Part shown: piece after piece, positions 26,188 to 39,706 of the stretch
Position numbering within the stretch: the first letter of the stretch is position 1
Layout: every line of letters begins with the position of its first letter
Assembly (NCBI GenBank): GCA_036172245.1
Contig: JAYWIR010000005.1
Span: forward strand, 992,001-1,056,000
Length of the DNA: 64,000 nucleotides
Direction: 5' to 3'
From: Raillietiella orientalis
Taxonomy: Eukaryota
The notes under the pieces: generated by a model
What the model was told of the DNA's origin: nothing
Database searches by the model: none
The model's input: only the letters and a program-made list of their open reading frames with translations
Program-made: the position numbers and the translations under genes

Positions 26188-29100
26188 ATGGAACCCAAAA
26201 CTCCTGAGCAGAAGTCAAAGACTGCATCCCAGTACAGGCACACGGAATCAAAGGGAAGAGCAATTCCAAGGAAGAATAGTGATCGTAAATCACATAGTTT
26301 GTTAGAACATGAATCAAGAGTGCCTCTTCAACAGTCAAAGTCACAAGAGAGCATGGGTGCTCATTCACAGAAATCAGATGTTCAGATTTCAAAAAGGCAC
26401 TTTAGAAAGAATAAGGCACCTTTAACAGGTTCCTTGGAAAGTGATGTTAGTTCAGCCAGTGGCTCCTTAAGTAAAGATGGAAGTGTTCTCTCGAGCAATA
26501 GGTGATTTGTTGGTTTGTTTGAAAATTATTTCCATTATCACATACGCGTGAAGGAATTTTTCATTGGCCCCAATAAGTACGGGCAACAAGTGAAACGTTT
26601 CTCACAGTCATAGAGCTGCATACTCATAAAGTTGCAGTTACATGGGGAAAAAAATGTGTTTTTTTTTGTAATTTTGATTTTAATTAATGTTTCCAATTTT
26701 CCTGGTTGTTGGGAATTGAGTTTGCACTGACTCACTGCAGTTTGCAAATTGTGCACATTACAAGAGTTTTCATGTTTAAGGATTGCTGTGAGCTTTCAAA
26801 ATTTATCCCCTTCAAAATCTCATGGAAGAAGTTCTGCCAGCGAGCCTCATGTCTATGAATCCTATATGCCCTTAGCTGAAGTACAGAAAGGATTGAAAAA
26901 AGGAGAACTTATTGAGGTTTTTAAAGCTTTGATTTTTATTTTTCCCTTTAATGCTACTCATGCTGACATCATACACATAATTGTTTGTGTTTTCAGGGAG
27001 TACTCAGGATCAACCCAAGAAAATTTGAAGATTCATATATAATGGCGCCGGTAATTCTTGGTATATTTTTATCATTTTTAGTTTGATTGCTACATAAAAA
27101 CGGATTTTTTTTTTCTTTTTTTCTTTTTACAAAAGATTGCGCGTTTTTATCCAGAAGTAACTAAAAGTGTGCTGTATGGGTTTATGGGATTCATTCTTGA
27201 GTGATTTTTTTTTTCTTTTTTCCCTGTTGAGATTCATGTCTTGGGATGCATCAGTGGAGGACAGGGTCTTAAGCAGTATCTTTACCTTGAGCTTTATGAA
27301 TTCATCACATGATAAAATAGAAATCTGAATTCTTGTTAAACTTGTGTGTGATTGTTTATTGGAAGTTGCATATTGTGTGTGTGATGACAGCACTAGTCTT
27401 GTCAAGAGTTTCAGTATGTATGATCTCATTTGAGAAACCTCTGAATTTGAATGAGATTACTTTTGCCTTGAGAAGTGTGCACTTTACAGTTTGTGGAGTT
27501 TCTGTGGAATTTGTGCTATAAGCAGTTTGTGCAATTTCAATCTGTAGCATGCTACTTAGCCCTCATGTTTCATAAGTATCACAGATATGTTATCATTTTT
27601 TTCTAGGGAGAGGAGATGGACATTTATCTGGATGGCCTCCTTGATCGTAATCGGGGGCTGCAAGGAGATATAGTTGTAGCAAGACTGAAGCATCAAACGT
27701 CTTGGAAGGTAAACAAGACATGTAACAGTCAGTATTTATGGGGACACCTAGGTCCTGGAAGAAACTATGAAGGAATTTTACCCTCACTTCACTGATGAAG
27801 AGACTTCTCTTTTAAGGATGCCCTTGAATACTGAGGAATTTCAGAGTATACCTAATAAAACCCCAAAACATATTCCACATGCAAACCTTACTGATAGAAC
27901 ATTGCAAATAAATAAAAATCTCGAATCTGTCTATACAGACACAGCTAAAACCAAAAAAGCAAAAGTGCCTCCTTGTTCCAGAAATAAAAAAGATTCTAAT
28001 GTGAACCATTCTGATGACACAAATGTTTCTCAAGAATGTGCTTTTCAAAAATGTTCTAAAGATGACAAATCAGTAAAAAATGTAAACGCTTCCTGGCTTG
28101 TAGCTGAGAATACTGCAGCTAATAGTTTACAAATCCCATCATCTCTGGAAACCCTTTGTTGTGCAGATGCATTGGACACTCCACAGAAATCTGTGGACAC
28201 ATCAGTGTCATCTTGCCACAGTGAAACAGATTCACAGAGTACAGCTTTGGACCAAACCATCACTCACCTTCAACATGTGAGATTGGATCCTGATAAAAAG
28301 AACATAGAAAATAGAAAACAGACTGATACCTCCTTAAAACATAAAAATCTTACAGATAGTCAGGTCGAATCAAATGTTAGATTTTCTCCTGTGCATTATC
28401 TTAGGTTACCAAATTGGGAAAAATTCATTCAAAAAACTGGAAAGGTAAGATAACTGCTATTCAAGTGGCCTTCCAAAAACTGAACTTAAAATCTCCTTGC
28501 TTTAAAGTATGATGATTCAAAAAAAAATGAAACCAAAAAACAAAAGGTGCTAGTTTTAGATCATGGATATATGTTAAGGTTTACTGCATTCAGTTTTTTT
28601 TTTTTTTTTTCAAGCTCTTGGTGTTTGAGTAATATATATATTTTTTGCTAAAAGTTATATATTTGTAATTGTTAGATTGTTCCTGTTAATAAACTTGAAT
28701 GTGCCATCTCAGTTTTTTTTTGCATGCCTTCCATAAAATAACTTTCAAGACCAGAACAAATCACAGTGGATTAAGTTAATATATTCTTTTGCAAAATTAC
28801 TGGTTTGGGGAACAGCACAGGGGATGTTCAAACTTTTTCTAAGGATATATTGCTTATGATCCTGTTTTTGCAAAGGTAGCACTGTTGGCATGCTCACTGT
28901 GCAAAATGAAGTTCATCATGAGAATGCAAATTTAGAAGAAAAAAAAAAATAATCAGTGTTCATTTTTAATAAACTTCAAAAATTTGGTATGAGTTCAGTA
29001 CAGTTTGCATGTTGATCAGCATATAGGATAAGGTATCTACAGATCTGTGCATGTGTGTACTTGGATGATAGATTTTGTTTTTTCTCTGTAAATAAACCAA

Positions 29101-32100
29101 ATAAAATGTCTATTTAGTGTGCATCCATTAAAATCTAAAATGGCAACTAGAGACCAAAGGAACTGAATGCCTGTATATTGCATAGTACTTGAATTAACTT
29201 CTGAATTTACAGTTCATTTGTTGTCTATGTAGAGGTAGAAACCCAATAGAGATCTTCATTTCATTTGCTGCAAAATTTCTTCTGGCAAGGTTAAATTGTT
29301 TAATTTGAAAATTTATAAATTCATGGATGAATCAGGTTTCATTAGCATGAGTTATGAGTGTTACTTTTCATTTCTATCTCTTAAGAGCACATGCTGCGAG
29401 TTCTCATATTGATTGAACATGACATTTGCAGCATTTTTTTTTTCACATTCCCAGCTTTACTTCCAATGCATGAATGAAAATAATAAGTGACACATAATCA
29501 GAAATCAATCATACCAGTACAGTTGGTTTCTGATCATGTGAAAGTCAGTTACTGAAAGGAGGATTTTATTGCAAAAAGTTTATTTGTTCATGTGTGTACT
29601 TCCATTGTTATGAAAATCTGTTTTAAGGGATTTTTCTGCATTTCTGCATTTAGATTGCTTTAATAGTTATCTTAATTGCTGTGGCACTTATGCAGGGATA
29701 TGTTGTCTATGTGTATGTACTTTTGTTTCAATCGAATTTTTTGGGTAAACAAGTTGCTCAATAAGCTGTAAGTATGTGTTATGTTCCGAATGCTTTATTA
29801 GAATATGTCTTGGGATGATGTTTCTACTTTTGAAACTATTTTGTAAATGTAATTTGCCAAGTTAAATTTCTGGATTTTTCACATATATCATAATTGCACT
29901 TGTGTTTTCAAATCTTTCTGGTGATCACCAATTCTTTCGAGTTTGCATGGAAGGAACTGTATGTTTTTCATATTTTTAGGTAGTGTATATAAAAGAGAAA
30001 AAACATCCAAGGGTTGCAGTTGGAACTCTAAAGTTGCTGAGAGATAAAAATCCTGAATGGGCTTTATTTTCTCCAAAAGATCATTGCATACCCAGAATGA
30101 AAATTCCTATGAATCAATGCCCAACTGATTTTTTTAAGCGTTCTAAAGACTATGAAAATTCACTTTTCCTGGCTAGGATTGTTGCTTGGACTCATGTAAA
30201 TTTTGCAATTGGGTAAACAACGTTATTTTTTTTTACTGTCAAAACATTGAGCAGTGTTTGTATCTCATGCTATGCATATTTAATTCTTCCCATATATGAA
30301 AATACTAATCAAAAATAAACAACCATCTTTAGGGAATTAATCAGATTACTGGGAAACAGAGGCGAATTGGAAGTAGAAACTGAAGGAATTCTGCTTCAGC
30401 AAGGCATAAAGTATGAAAATTTTAGTTCTGAAGTTTTGAACAGCCTACCTGCAATTCCTTGGAGCATCCCAAGTACTGAATTTGAATATAGAAAAGATCT
30501 GAGGTATGCACAGACATTCAATTAATTGTTCTTTTCTCTAGTTTATTTGTTCATTTATCACTGAATAAAAGATTGCGAGTCAACTTTTGTTTTTATCATG
30601 CATACAAAGATAGCAAGTATATTTTACTACTGTACTACTTTCATGGCGGACTATCAACCTACCATCATTCAAAACGGTATTTTTCTAAATTGAAAATCAT
30701 GGGTTAGATGTCCATTGAATTAGGTGCATTAAAATGTGTTCTTTTCCGATGGACATTTTGACATTCGGATTGTTGAAAGCTGTTTTAAAGTTCTTTTTCT
30801 TCATTTATTATTGCTGCAAGCATAATACTTCAAACTAGCACTTTTTCATGGGAAGTGCATTCTAGATACAGAAACCGAAAAAACGTCCATGAATTTTTTT
30901 ATACTAGAGCTAGTACATTCGCGTTTCTTGTAATTAGAGTGAAAATATTACTTATATGTTCCACATGCCAAAGAAGCATACTTGGAAACAAATAGCAAAA
31001 AAGAATGAGTTTACATATACTTCATTTTGCAGTTTGTTTTTTTCACAATTTTGTCTGTATGGAGTGAAACCGAAAGGTGTGTCCAGCAGTTCCTTTTGTT
31101 ATCATGTGCAAATGAGATCACATGCAAATGCAAAATGGATATATCAGAAACACAAATTGCTTGTACTTAACATTGCTTAAAGTGTGTCAGTAACTATTGA
31201 TGCAATAGTTTGGAAAATACATTTGAAGTAGTGTTTATAGCACAATATTTACTCTAAAATTACAAATGCAGTTAAAAGAAGTCACTGTGCAAATTTTTGT
31301 GACGTTGTGAATTACCATGTAATACATGTAAGTGTCATTTATGATAAATCTGTATTGAGTCAACAACTGTTTATGCAGGGTAACACAATATTCTTAAAAT
31401 TTAGCTTACTTGTTCCTATTGTTTGCCGAATTTATTCTCAGGCAGACATGCATATTCACAATTGACCCATTAACTGCCAAAGATCTGGATGATGCTCTAT
31501 CTTGTGAAGTCTTACCTAATGGAAACTTCAAAGTTGGTGTCCACATTGCAGATGTCACTTTTTTTGTTCTTGATGGTTCTGCAGTGGATCTAGAGGCTTC
31601 AGATAGAGGCACAAGTGTCTATCTTGTACAGAAGGTGAATTTGTATAGGAACAAATGTTTCCCTTGACTGTTTGTATTAGGTCATCCCAATGTTGCCCCC
31701 TGTTTTGAGTGAAAATTTGTGTTCTTTAAATCCCTTTGAAGATAAATTGGCATTTAGTGTGCTATGGGAACTAGATAGTAATGCTGAAATCATTTCTGAA
31801 GAATGGACGCGATCCATTGTTTCTTCATGTGTGAAGTTGTCATATGAACAAGCACAGGTAAGAAAAATTTTCAGCTTTTATTTATGTATATCAACATTCC
31901 TTAATAATTTAGTCTGTATGGCTTCAATACATGTTGCTTGGCTCTATTCTTTCTTCACTCTGAAGTAATTTCCTAAGTAGAATGTTTAGTTAATGTAACT
32001 AAGAGTACATTAGCCCAAGGAAATCATCCACAGCATGCTTCATGTTTTTTGTATAGAATTCGACGGTTTAATGTCTTTTTCTTGCCTGGATGTCAACAAA

Positions 32101-35100
32101 GTCTTCATTGTGGAGTTTTCTGCAATTTTATTACTCTAGCTTTTATTCAGATGCTACAGAAAAAGAAATGGTTGTTTCTCAAAAGTTTCTGTTCCTGTTT
32201 GCAAGTTTTTTTTGAAGTGACAAAACGTGGGCAAAAACATGATGCATTTAGCACTTCATTCAGGCTGATAGAATAGAGAATGTATTCAAAGGATACTGAA
32301 AATTTTGAAATGCAAACCGCATATTTTTTATTGGATTGTTCATTTACAGTTTTCTGCAATTTAATAAATGGAAATGAAGTCAGTGAAAGTAAACTGCGAA
32401 TCCAAACATACCAGGGAAATTCCATTTCCCTGATATATTTGGAAGAGTCTATTAGTGCAATTATGTAGAATTTTGATTGTGCATCTATTTAGCAGCAGTA
32501 TTGAAAAACTGTATACAAGATGCAATTATCGTGATTAAGTAAATTCCTTACTTAGAAGATGCATGCAAAAATAAAAAAAATGTGATTCATTCATTTGAAA
32601 CACACCCCTGTATTTTGTTGAGATCCATATTCAACTCCCTTATATTTAATTTTCAGAATTTCTGCAACGGAAACTCCTTTCTCTCATGAACATGTGATCT
32701 TGCAGTGTTACAAAATGCCATCAGTTTTTAACATTTAGTTATGAGTTGATTTCGCTTTTGGAAAACCAAGGGAGTTCCAAGAGTTCCCCAATGTCCAGTG
32801 ACACAAAGCTGTATAATTATTTATAGTTTCATTGGGCAGATATCTGGATAATCTCGTGTAGGAAAGTATACTCGAAATAACATGAAGGAGGATCATTTTT
32901 GATTTTTGAAATCTAATTTGTGCATCTATTGAAAAATTCCTTAGTTCGTCTTGAATTGCGTTTTCGATCTTTGACAGGTTTTCAATCAAATTGCAATCTG
33001 AGGATAGAGAATGTGAAATCTCTAACGCATTTAATTTGAAAAAAAAATGTTAAAGATGAAAACCTGTATTTTAGGGGAACCTAGTGCTTCTCTTGACTTG
33101 AATTTTTGTGAATTTGGTTTCTGTGTTCTAGTGTACTTTTAAAAGCTCAGTACTCCATGCAAACCATGCAAAATACTTTCATACAAATCTCTAAATAGTT
33201 CAGCATTTCCCTCTAGTACTTCAACTGTGTTATCATAAGGAATGTGAAATTGATTTGCTATCAAGTTCTATCATCAAAGTGTAATTTTTTCCATTATGTT
33301 TGCAATATTATTGCCAGTATCTTTGTCAAACATCTTTTTCTCACCTAAATAGGAGATGATAGATACTGATACAACCACTTTGAATGAATCTAACTTCCCC
33401 AAAATGGAATCAAAATTTACCATCAAAGACATTGGTAACCGAGTGAGGCAGCTGCATTCACTAGCTGTTGTGCTAAAAGAAAAAAGGATTAAATATGGTG
33501 CTTTAAGATTAGATAGATCTAAAATATCCTTTGTTCTTGATGGAAATAGGAAGTATCCTGTGGGATTTTATTTAGCAGAAAGACGTGAAAGCAATAGGTA
33601 AAGAACATTAATTATTAACAGTTATTATAATGGCTCAAAGTTGAAATGTGATTCCAATGCTAAGATTTAATTATAGAATGAAAAAGCATGATATACGTAA
33701 TTGTTTTTATGCTGTTGATGAAAAATTAAACAGAAAAATGGTGAAAAAGCAGAAAAATAATGGATGTCTAAAAGAGTTAGCATGCCATGTTTGCTTTGAC
33801 TTAGGACCAAATGAAATTATGACATTTACTCAGTTAGTTGTAAAATATTGAGTAATCCTTTATTCATTTAAAGAAAGTTTATAGTCATTTAAAGAAAATT
33901 AAGATATACAGTTAACCATGGTGTGTAAGTCAAGTCATCTGCTGACATATAATGAATAGCATTGTCCTGCTTTGTTTCCTTTCTTTTTATCCTTTTTTTC
34001 ATGTGTCATTTTGTTCATTTTTAATGAATTCTGTGCCTTCCCGATGGCAATGTTTAATGGTAAAAAGCCTTGAAGTTTTGGGAGCTTTTAATAACAAAGC
34101 AGTACATAAAACGGCTGAAAGACTTACCAGAAAAATGTTCATCAATATTTCATTATTTCAAGCATGAACGTATTACCTAATTCCAACTCCTTGCACAAAA
34201 AGTTAAGATCAAAATCCAAATTAGGAAACATGAAATTGAATCTTTAAAAAAGCAACAGACATTATTTCTTAGCACAATCGCTTCTATAAATTTCCTAGTT
34301 CATAATACTGTCTGGTCCCTCTCTTCTACATTTGAATTTGTTCATTTAAAGTGATGCTAGATAAAAAGCATTTCCATGCAAAAAATGTTCGTTTGCATGC
34401 AAATTCAACATTACTTTTAATATTCTATCTTGTCTTATATTTGAGTATGAGATGTATACAAATTACTTGATGATGTTAATACAAGCACATATAGTTTGGG
34501 ATGTTACTATTTGCAATATGTCAAGTGAGGTACATCCGTCATGCCATAAATGAATAAGATATGAACCTCTGTAGTCTTTCAGTAAATGATTAATCAGGTG
34601 AAGACTGGGTTGCAAACATTCTGTGGATCAGCCATGCTGTATTTGATGTATTGATCTTTTGTTTTGTAACATGAGGTTTTTTATGAATATTGTGAATGAA
34701 TGCATCACTCAAATAAAAAGGATGTGTCCTCTAAGTTTGTTGTTATGATGATGCCTGTGTTGATGGCTTTATTAGTTCATAGCATTCAGCTTCAGTAAAA
34801 ATGCACCTCTACATTGAAGTGTGTTAAGAAGGAACTCATAAGAGTACCAGAACATATTATGGCATTTTTGTATGCTGTTTAGTTTTTTGCAGCTTGACTT
34901 TGTATATTTGCACACATCTTTTGAGAGGTTTGTCTTGATACGGACTAATCTTATTTGGATGCAACATTCACAAACAAATAAACGTTTAAACAAGCACATC
35001 CTGAGTCAAAGTGACGAGACATGATTTATGGGTGTGTAAGATTGAAAAAAATACTTAAAACTGATCATTCAGGATATTTAAAATGTTGTATTCTGCTCTA

Positions 35101-36536
35101 AATGATCAGGTAATCATTTTTTTAAGTTACAAACTTTGATCTGATATTTTTAATCAATATCCAACTCAATTACATGGAATCTGTATTTATATGTTATTCT
35201 TTTCCATATGTAATCCAGCTTGGTGGAAGAATTTATGCTTCTTGCCAATCAGAGTGCTGCAAAAAGAATCCATAAATACTATCCCAGGATTTCTTTGCTT
35301 CGAAAACATGATGCTCCAAATGCTAAAGGCTTGAGGGAAGTAATTAAGGTGCTTATCAAATATGGAGTCACAATTGATGCAAGCTCATCCAAACAAATCA
35401 TGGCATCATTATTAAAACTTGAGGATGATAATTCTGTAAATCGTGCCAAGAAAGATGTTATTGTGCAAATGCTTTCCAAAACAATGAAAGTAAGTTATTA
35501 ATAAGTTGTCTTTTGCTGCATTATTTCAATTCTCGTTTTCCATTATGTCGCATTTAAAATAGTGACAGCACACAGTATCAATTGTGAACTCTTAGTAATT
35601 CAGTCATTGAATGTAAGCTTTGATGTAAGGGTATTAAATTTCTGCTTTCATTTTGGATCATAGTTGGCACAATACTTTTGTACAGGACATCTGGTGGATC
35701 CAAATTTGTTTTGGCATTATGCTTTGAGCGTCCAATTTTACACACATTTCACATCACCCATCAGAAGATATCCTGATATCATCGTACACAGACTGTTAGC
35801 ATCATCATTGAAATATAGACAACCACCAGCTGCTAGTAGTGTGGAAATACAAAGGTAAACATGTTTCTTATAATCTTACACTGTTCTTTCACTTTTCTGT
35901 AGGAGAGCTGTGCATTGCAATGAACGTAAACAAGCAGCTAGGTTAGCATCAGAAGCTAGTACAGAATTATTTTTAACTTTTTTCATAAAACAAATGGGAA
36001 CATACAAGGAAACTGGAATTGTGATTCGGATAATGGACCATTGCTGTGAAGTGTTTTTGCCATCACTGACATGTACCAGCAGGGTGTATATGGATGTAAG
36101 AATATGTGTTGTTGTTGTTTTGTTTAGATTATGTCTAGAAATATTTGAACGCTGTCCCAACATATACTTGCAAGTTTGAAATCATTATTCATCACAAAAC
36201 TTGCTGCTGCTGATAATGGGAAAAAACTTGTTTCATTATTTTGCTTGTTTCGCGAGTTTATCTTCAGTGATATTTTGCACTGTAACTTTTTGTTTTCGTT
36301 TCAAATAATATGATGTCATAGTTGCATTATCTCACCTACAATTGATTTTGTAGGCACTTGATTTGGATTCCTTTGAATATGATAAAAACATCCCTGCTCT
36401 GGAATTGAGATGGAAAGCTGAGAAAGTGCGAAATAACAACATTCAAATTATTAAGTTGTTTACAACTGTGCAAGTTATTCTGAATCCTTCATTTAATTCA
36501 TTAGAATTCTCTACAGTCATTGAAAAACCATTGTAG
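26188..36536 (+). CDS. DIS3L2: DIS3-like exonuclease 2 (RNase II/RNB family 3'-5' exoribonuclease), about 1051 aa, 14 coding exons
   Basis: Exons 26188-26501, 26781-26916, 26997-27050, 27607-27708, 27752-28444, 29980-30212, 30333-30503, 31442-31634, 31681-31857, 33353-33597, 35219-35489, 35664-35854, 35903-36095, 36354-36536 (3156 nt, all phases consistent). Motifs: [27 protein letters not shown]; catalytic [65 protein letters not shown]. No PIN domain, which fits DIS3L2 rather than DIS3 or DIS3L. Confidence 0.95.
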
Positions 36537-36700
36537 TTCTATTCAGATGTTACTGGATGGGATCCCTACTAGTGGACAAATGCATTTGAGAATATTTGCA
36601 TTTATTTAAAGACTCATTAGCTATATGTAAGAATTTTGAGAAGAGAAATTTTTAGAAACCCGAACTCACTTATTTACAATTAATTGTGTAGGACTTTTTT

Positions 36701-36706
36701 AATAAA
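36701..36706 (+). terminator. Candidate polyadenylation signal AATAAA for DIS3L2
   Basis: First AATAAA seen after the TAG stop, about 165 nt downstream. Confidence 0.55.
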
Positions 36707-36763
36707 GCAGATGAAAAACAGTACACCAAATGAACTGGAGTTCCCTTCCTCTTCTAATGAAGC

Positions 36764-36769
36764 TTTATT
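36764..36769 (-). terminator. Candidate polyadenylation signal AATAAA for SH3BP5 (minus strand)
   Basis: TTTATT on +, about 880 nt past the SH3BP5 stop. Another minus-strand AATAAA overlaps the stop codon (37651-37656). Confidence 0.4.
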
Positions 36770-36772
36770 CAC

Positions 36773-36816
36773 GATCCCATCTGAACAAAAGCTTTTGCTT
36801 TTGTTCAGATGGGATC
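36773..36816. repeat. Perfect inverted repeat with 20-bp arms and a 4-nt loop
   Basis: GATCCCATCTGAACAAAAGC-TTTT-GCTTTTGTTCAGATGGGATC. Confidence 0.95.
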
Positions 36817-37651
36817 TAATGATCTAATGCACCTCAGTTTGATTACAGGGCATTGTAAGTTACTGTTCAACAGCAGCTTTGGAAGTCTCAATACTTTCAG
36901 CTCTCCATCCATTTAAGGAATCTCGACCTAATGTTTACATCTTTCATTTCACCATATGAAAACAATGCTTCATCTGTTGTTGATGCTTTGGCTTGCTAAA
37001 CATTTTGAAGCCCACAAGATCCCTAAACTCTCGATTGCATTTACATTTGTGAAATGTCTTAGCTGGAGGTTCTTCAGAATGGCATCAAAAAGTGGATGTA
37101 ACCATGTTGTAACACCACACAGATGCATACATTTGCTTCATGTGCAAGTATTTTGACATAACAAAACGCATACCTTAAGAGGATCAGCAACTGACATAAA
37201 TTGCGTTAGCCTCTTGGAATATTAGAGCACATTTGTGACACTTACTTAGTGTAAGTCTGTTACTACTTACAAGTTGATATGATGGATTAAGATTTTTCAG
37301 TTTTGCACAACGACTTATTTCTTCATCTGTTTTTCTTTTTTTTTTGGTAAGCACTCTCGAAAGATTACTGTACACAAACATACATAAAATGAGTGTTATA
37401 AAATAAAACACACCCAATTATCAAATATATATTGTTATGTTTTCCAAAATTTCCTAGTTCTAATTATGCAGCAATCAACAAAGACTGCATCATACAAAAA
37501 CTATACAACTTCTAGCAATCCATCATAAATTAAGAACAGAATTATTTAACTATGTTTCCTGTATCTGAGATTCTTATTTCTGAGGCACTTTCTATATATG
37601 AGCACTAAAATTTGCAGATTTATGTTGAACAAATATTATGTGCAACTTAGT

Positions 37652-39706
37652 TTATTTGGAAAAATTAAATTCTTCTCCTTCATCTTCATAGTCACTAACA
37701 CGAGCTGATGATATACTTGATAGACCACTGTAAACACTTATCTGTGAAAATCGAAATTAAAACAAATAACATTTAATACAAAACATACCTGATCACAATG
37801 GTCTAAATCTATTTCAGGTAGAGGAAGCATTTGTGTTCCTTTAGCTTTTGCTGAAGAATAATAAACTCTTCGCTTATGAATCTCTTCTGATATATTTTCT
37901 AAATTATTAAGAGCACATGCATAACGTTTTTTGGCTTCAAAAACTTTCTTCTGCAAAGCTTGTACATGGTTTCTCAATCGAAGCAATTCAGCTTGAAATT
38001 TTTCTTTTTGCTCAAAATAGCAGGTAGCTTTTGCAATGCTTTTACTACATTTTTGTTCCAGTTCATGGACCTGCACACACAAATATACTATAAAAAAAAA
38101 ATTCATTTTTCCTTTCTATCTCCGAAAAAACTTCGTGAATGCACAAACTGCTGAATTTGTCTATTTAATAATCTATAATTTTTGAGAAATTTGGGGGATT
38201 GCCACCAATTTTACACTTAATTTGAGACAGTTTTGACAATGCTGATTTGATTCTTACTAAAGTGAACGATTGACAAAATTTTCTTCTCCATTTAGGTTGA
38301 CATGACAATTACTAAAGAGTTAAAAACTATATTTCTTTCATTCCATGAATTATATTAGACAATTTCTGATTTTCCCATTTATAGTGTCCTAAACAATTTT
38401 TGATTTAAATTACAGGCATAAATTACATACTCAAAATATTTTGCATCATCAGAGCAAACAAAGTATTTTGAGTTGAGTCAGCAGTCTAAAATTGACTTGT
38501 AAAAACAGAACTCGGCTCATAAATAAAAAACAGCGCAGAATTTGAAGAAATACGCAGCACTCTAAGCAAAAATGTGCTCTCTCTATTAGGATTTGAGTAC
38601 TCACTACAACTGGCATAAAAAGAAATGCAACATATTAAATGCACTAACTCGTTTCTTGGCATTCTCAAAAAGTCGAGCTTTTGCTTCATGTTCCTTTTCA
38701 CTGCTTGCCTTCTGCTTTTCAGCATCAACAACTTTTATAGTTGCATGATTCAGCATTTCTTGCCAAGCAGAATCAAATATCCATTCGTTTTGATTAGATA
38801 AAAACCTTTTTTCAGCCAAAAGAATGGTTTCCTTTGCTGCCTGATGAATGCCTTCAAAGAAAACAACATATGCATGATTCCATTTTAACAAATGATGGGC
38901 CAAACATTGAATAATTTTCGATTAAACTAATCATCCAGAATGAAGGTGCACATAAAATGAATTGGCAACTACGCAAATTTCTGTAAGATATCAACAATAA
39001 TGAAAACACTGAGTCTAGCATAATATTTGATACAAGTGCTATCAGTTTCACAAGCACTAAGATGGGATAACTGATTAATGTGACTGAGGATAATAACTAA
39101 ACATGGAACAAGTAAACATAATCACAGTGAAAACTATTAATGCTTCACAGTTTATTACCAAAAGCTCTCTGATACTGTATTGCTGCTTTTTGACATTCCT
39201 CATGAGCTTGCAATGCATACTTCTTTGCATCAAAATATGGCCTAGACTTTTCTAATGCTGACCCCACTTTTTTTGCTACAGCCTTTAGGTGTGCAGTTGA
39301 TTCACTTAATTCTGTTCGAAATAATGCATTTGCATCCTGAATTGAAGAAAAATTCCAATTAAAAGATGATAAGAGCACATGTGCACCAAATGAAAACATA
39401 AACGTTTAAAGTAATGCTAAGCACTTAATTCCTGTTACCACCATTACAACTAAATTTCAATACTCACATCCAATTTTATTTCCAGTGTATTGATTTCATC
39501 CGTATATCGATTAAGATTTTCCAACTCTTGCTGAAATTTAAACCATGTTTTCAATTAAAACATGATCCAGGACAGTACTATTATTCACTGGCAACAAAAA
39601 TCCCAGAAAAATCGTACAAAGCTGCCAAATGAATCACCTGTATACGTGGATCCAGTTCTTCTTCTTCCAACGCGCACCTGGAATTCGCTAAAGGATCCCC
39701 TGACAT
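37652..39706 (-). CDS. SH3BP5: SH3 domain-binding protein 5 family (Rab11 GEF; parcas/REI-1-like), about 294 aa, 6 exons
   Basis: Exons 39706-39638, 39530-39468, 39336-39159, 38851-38649, 38070-37789, 37741-37652 (885 nt). Motifs: EEELDPRIQ|QELENLN; EKSRPYF; AAKETILLAEKRF; FDSAWQEMLNHAT; ALNNLENISEEIHKRR. Confidence 0.93.
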
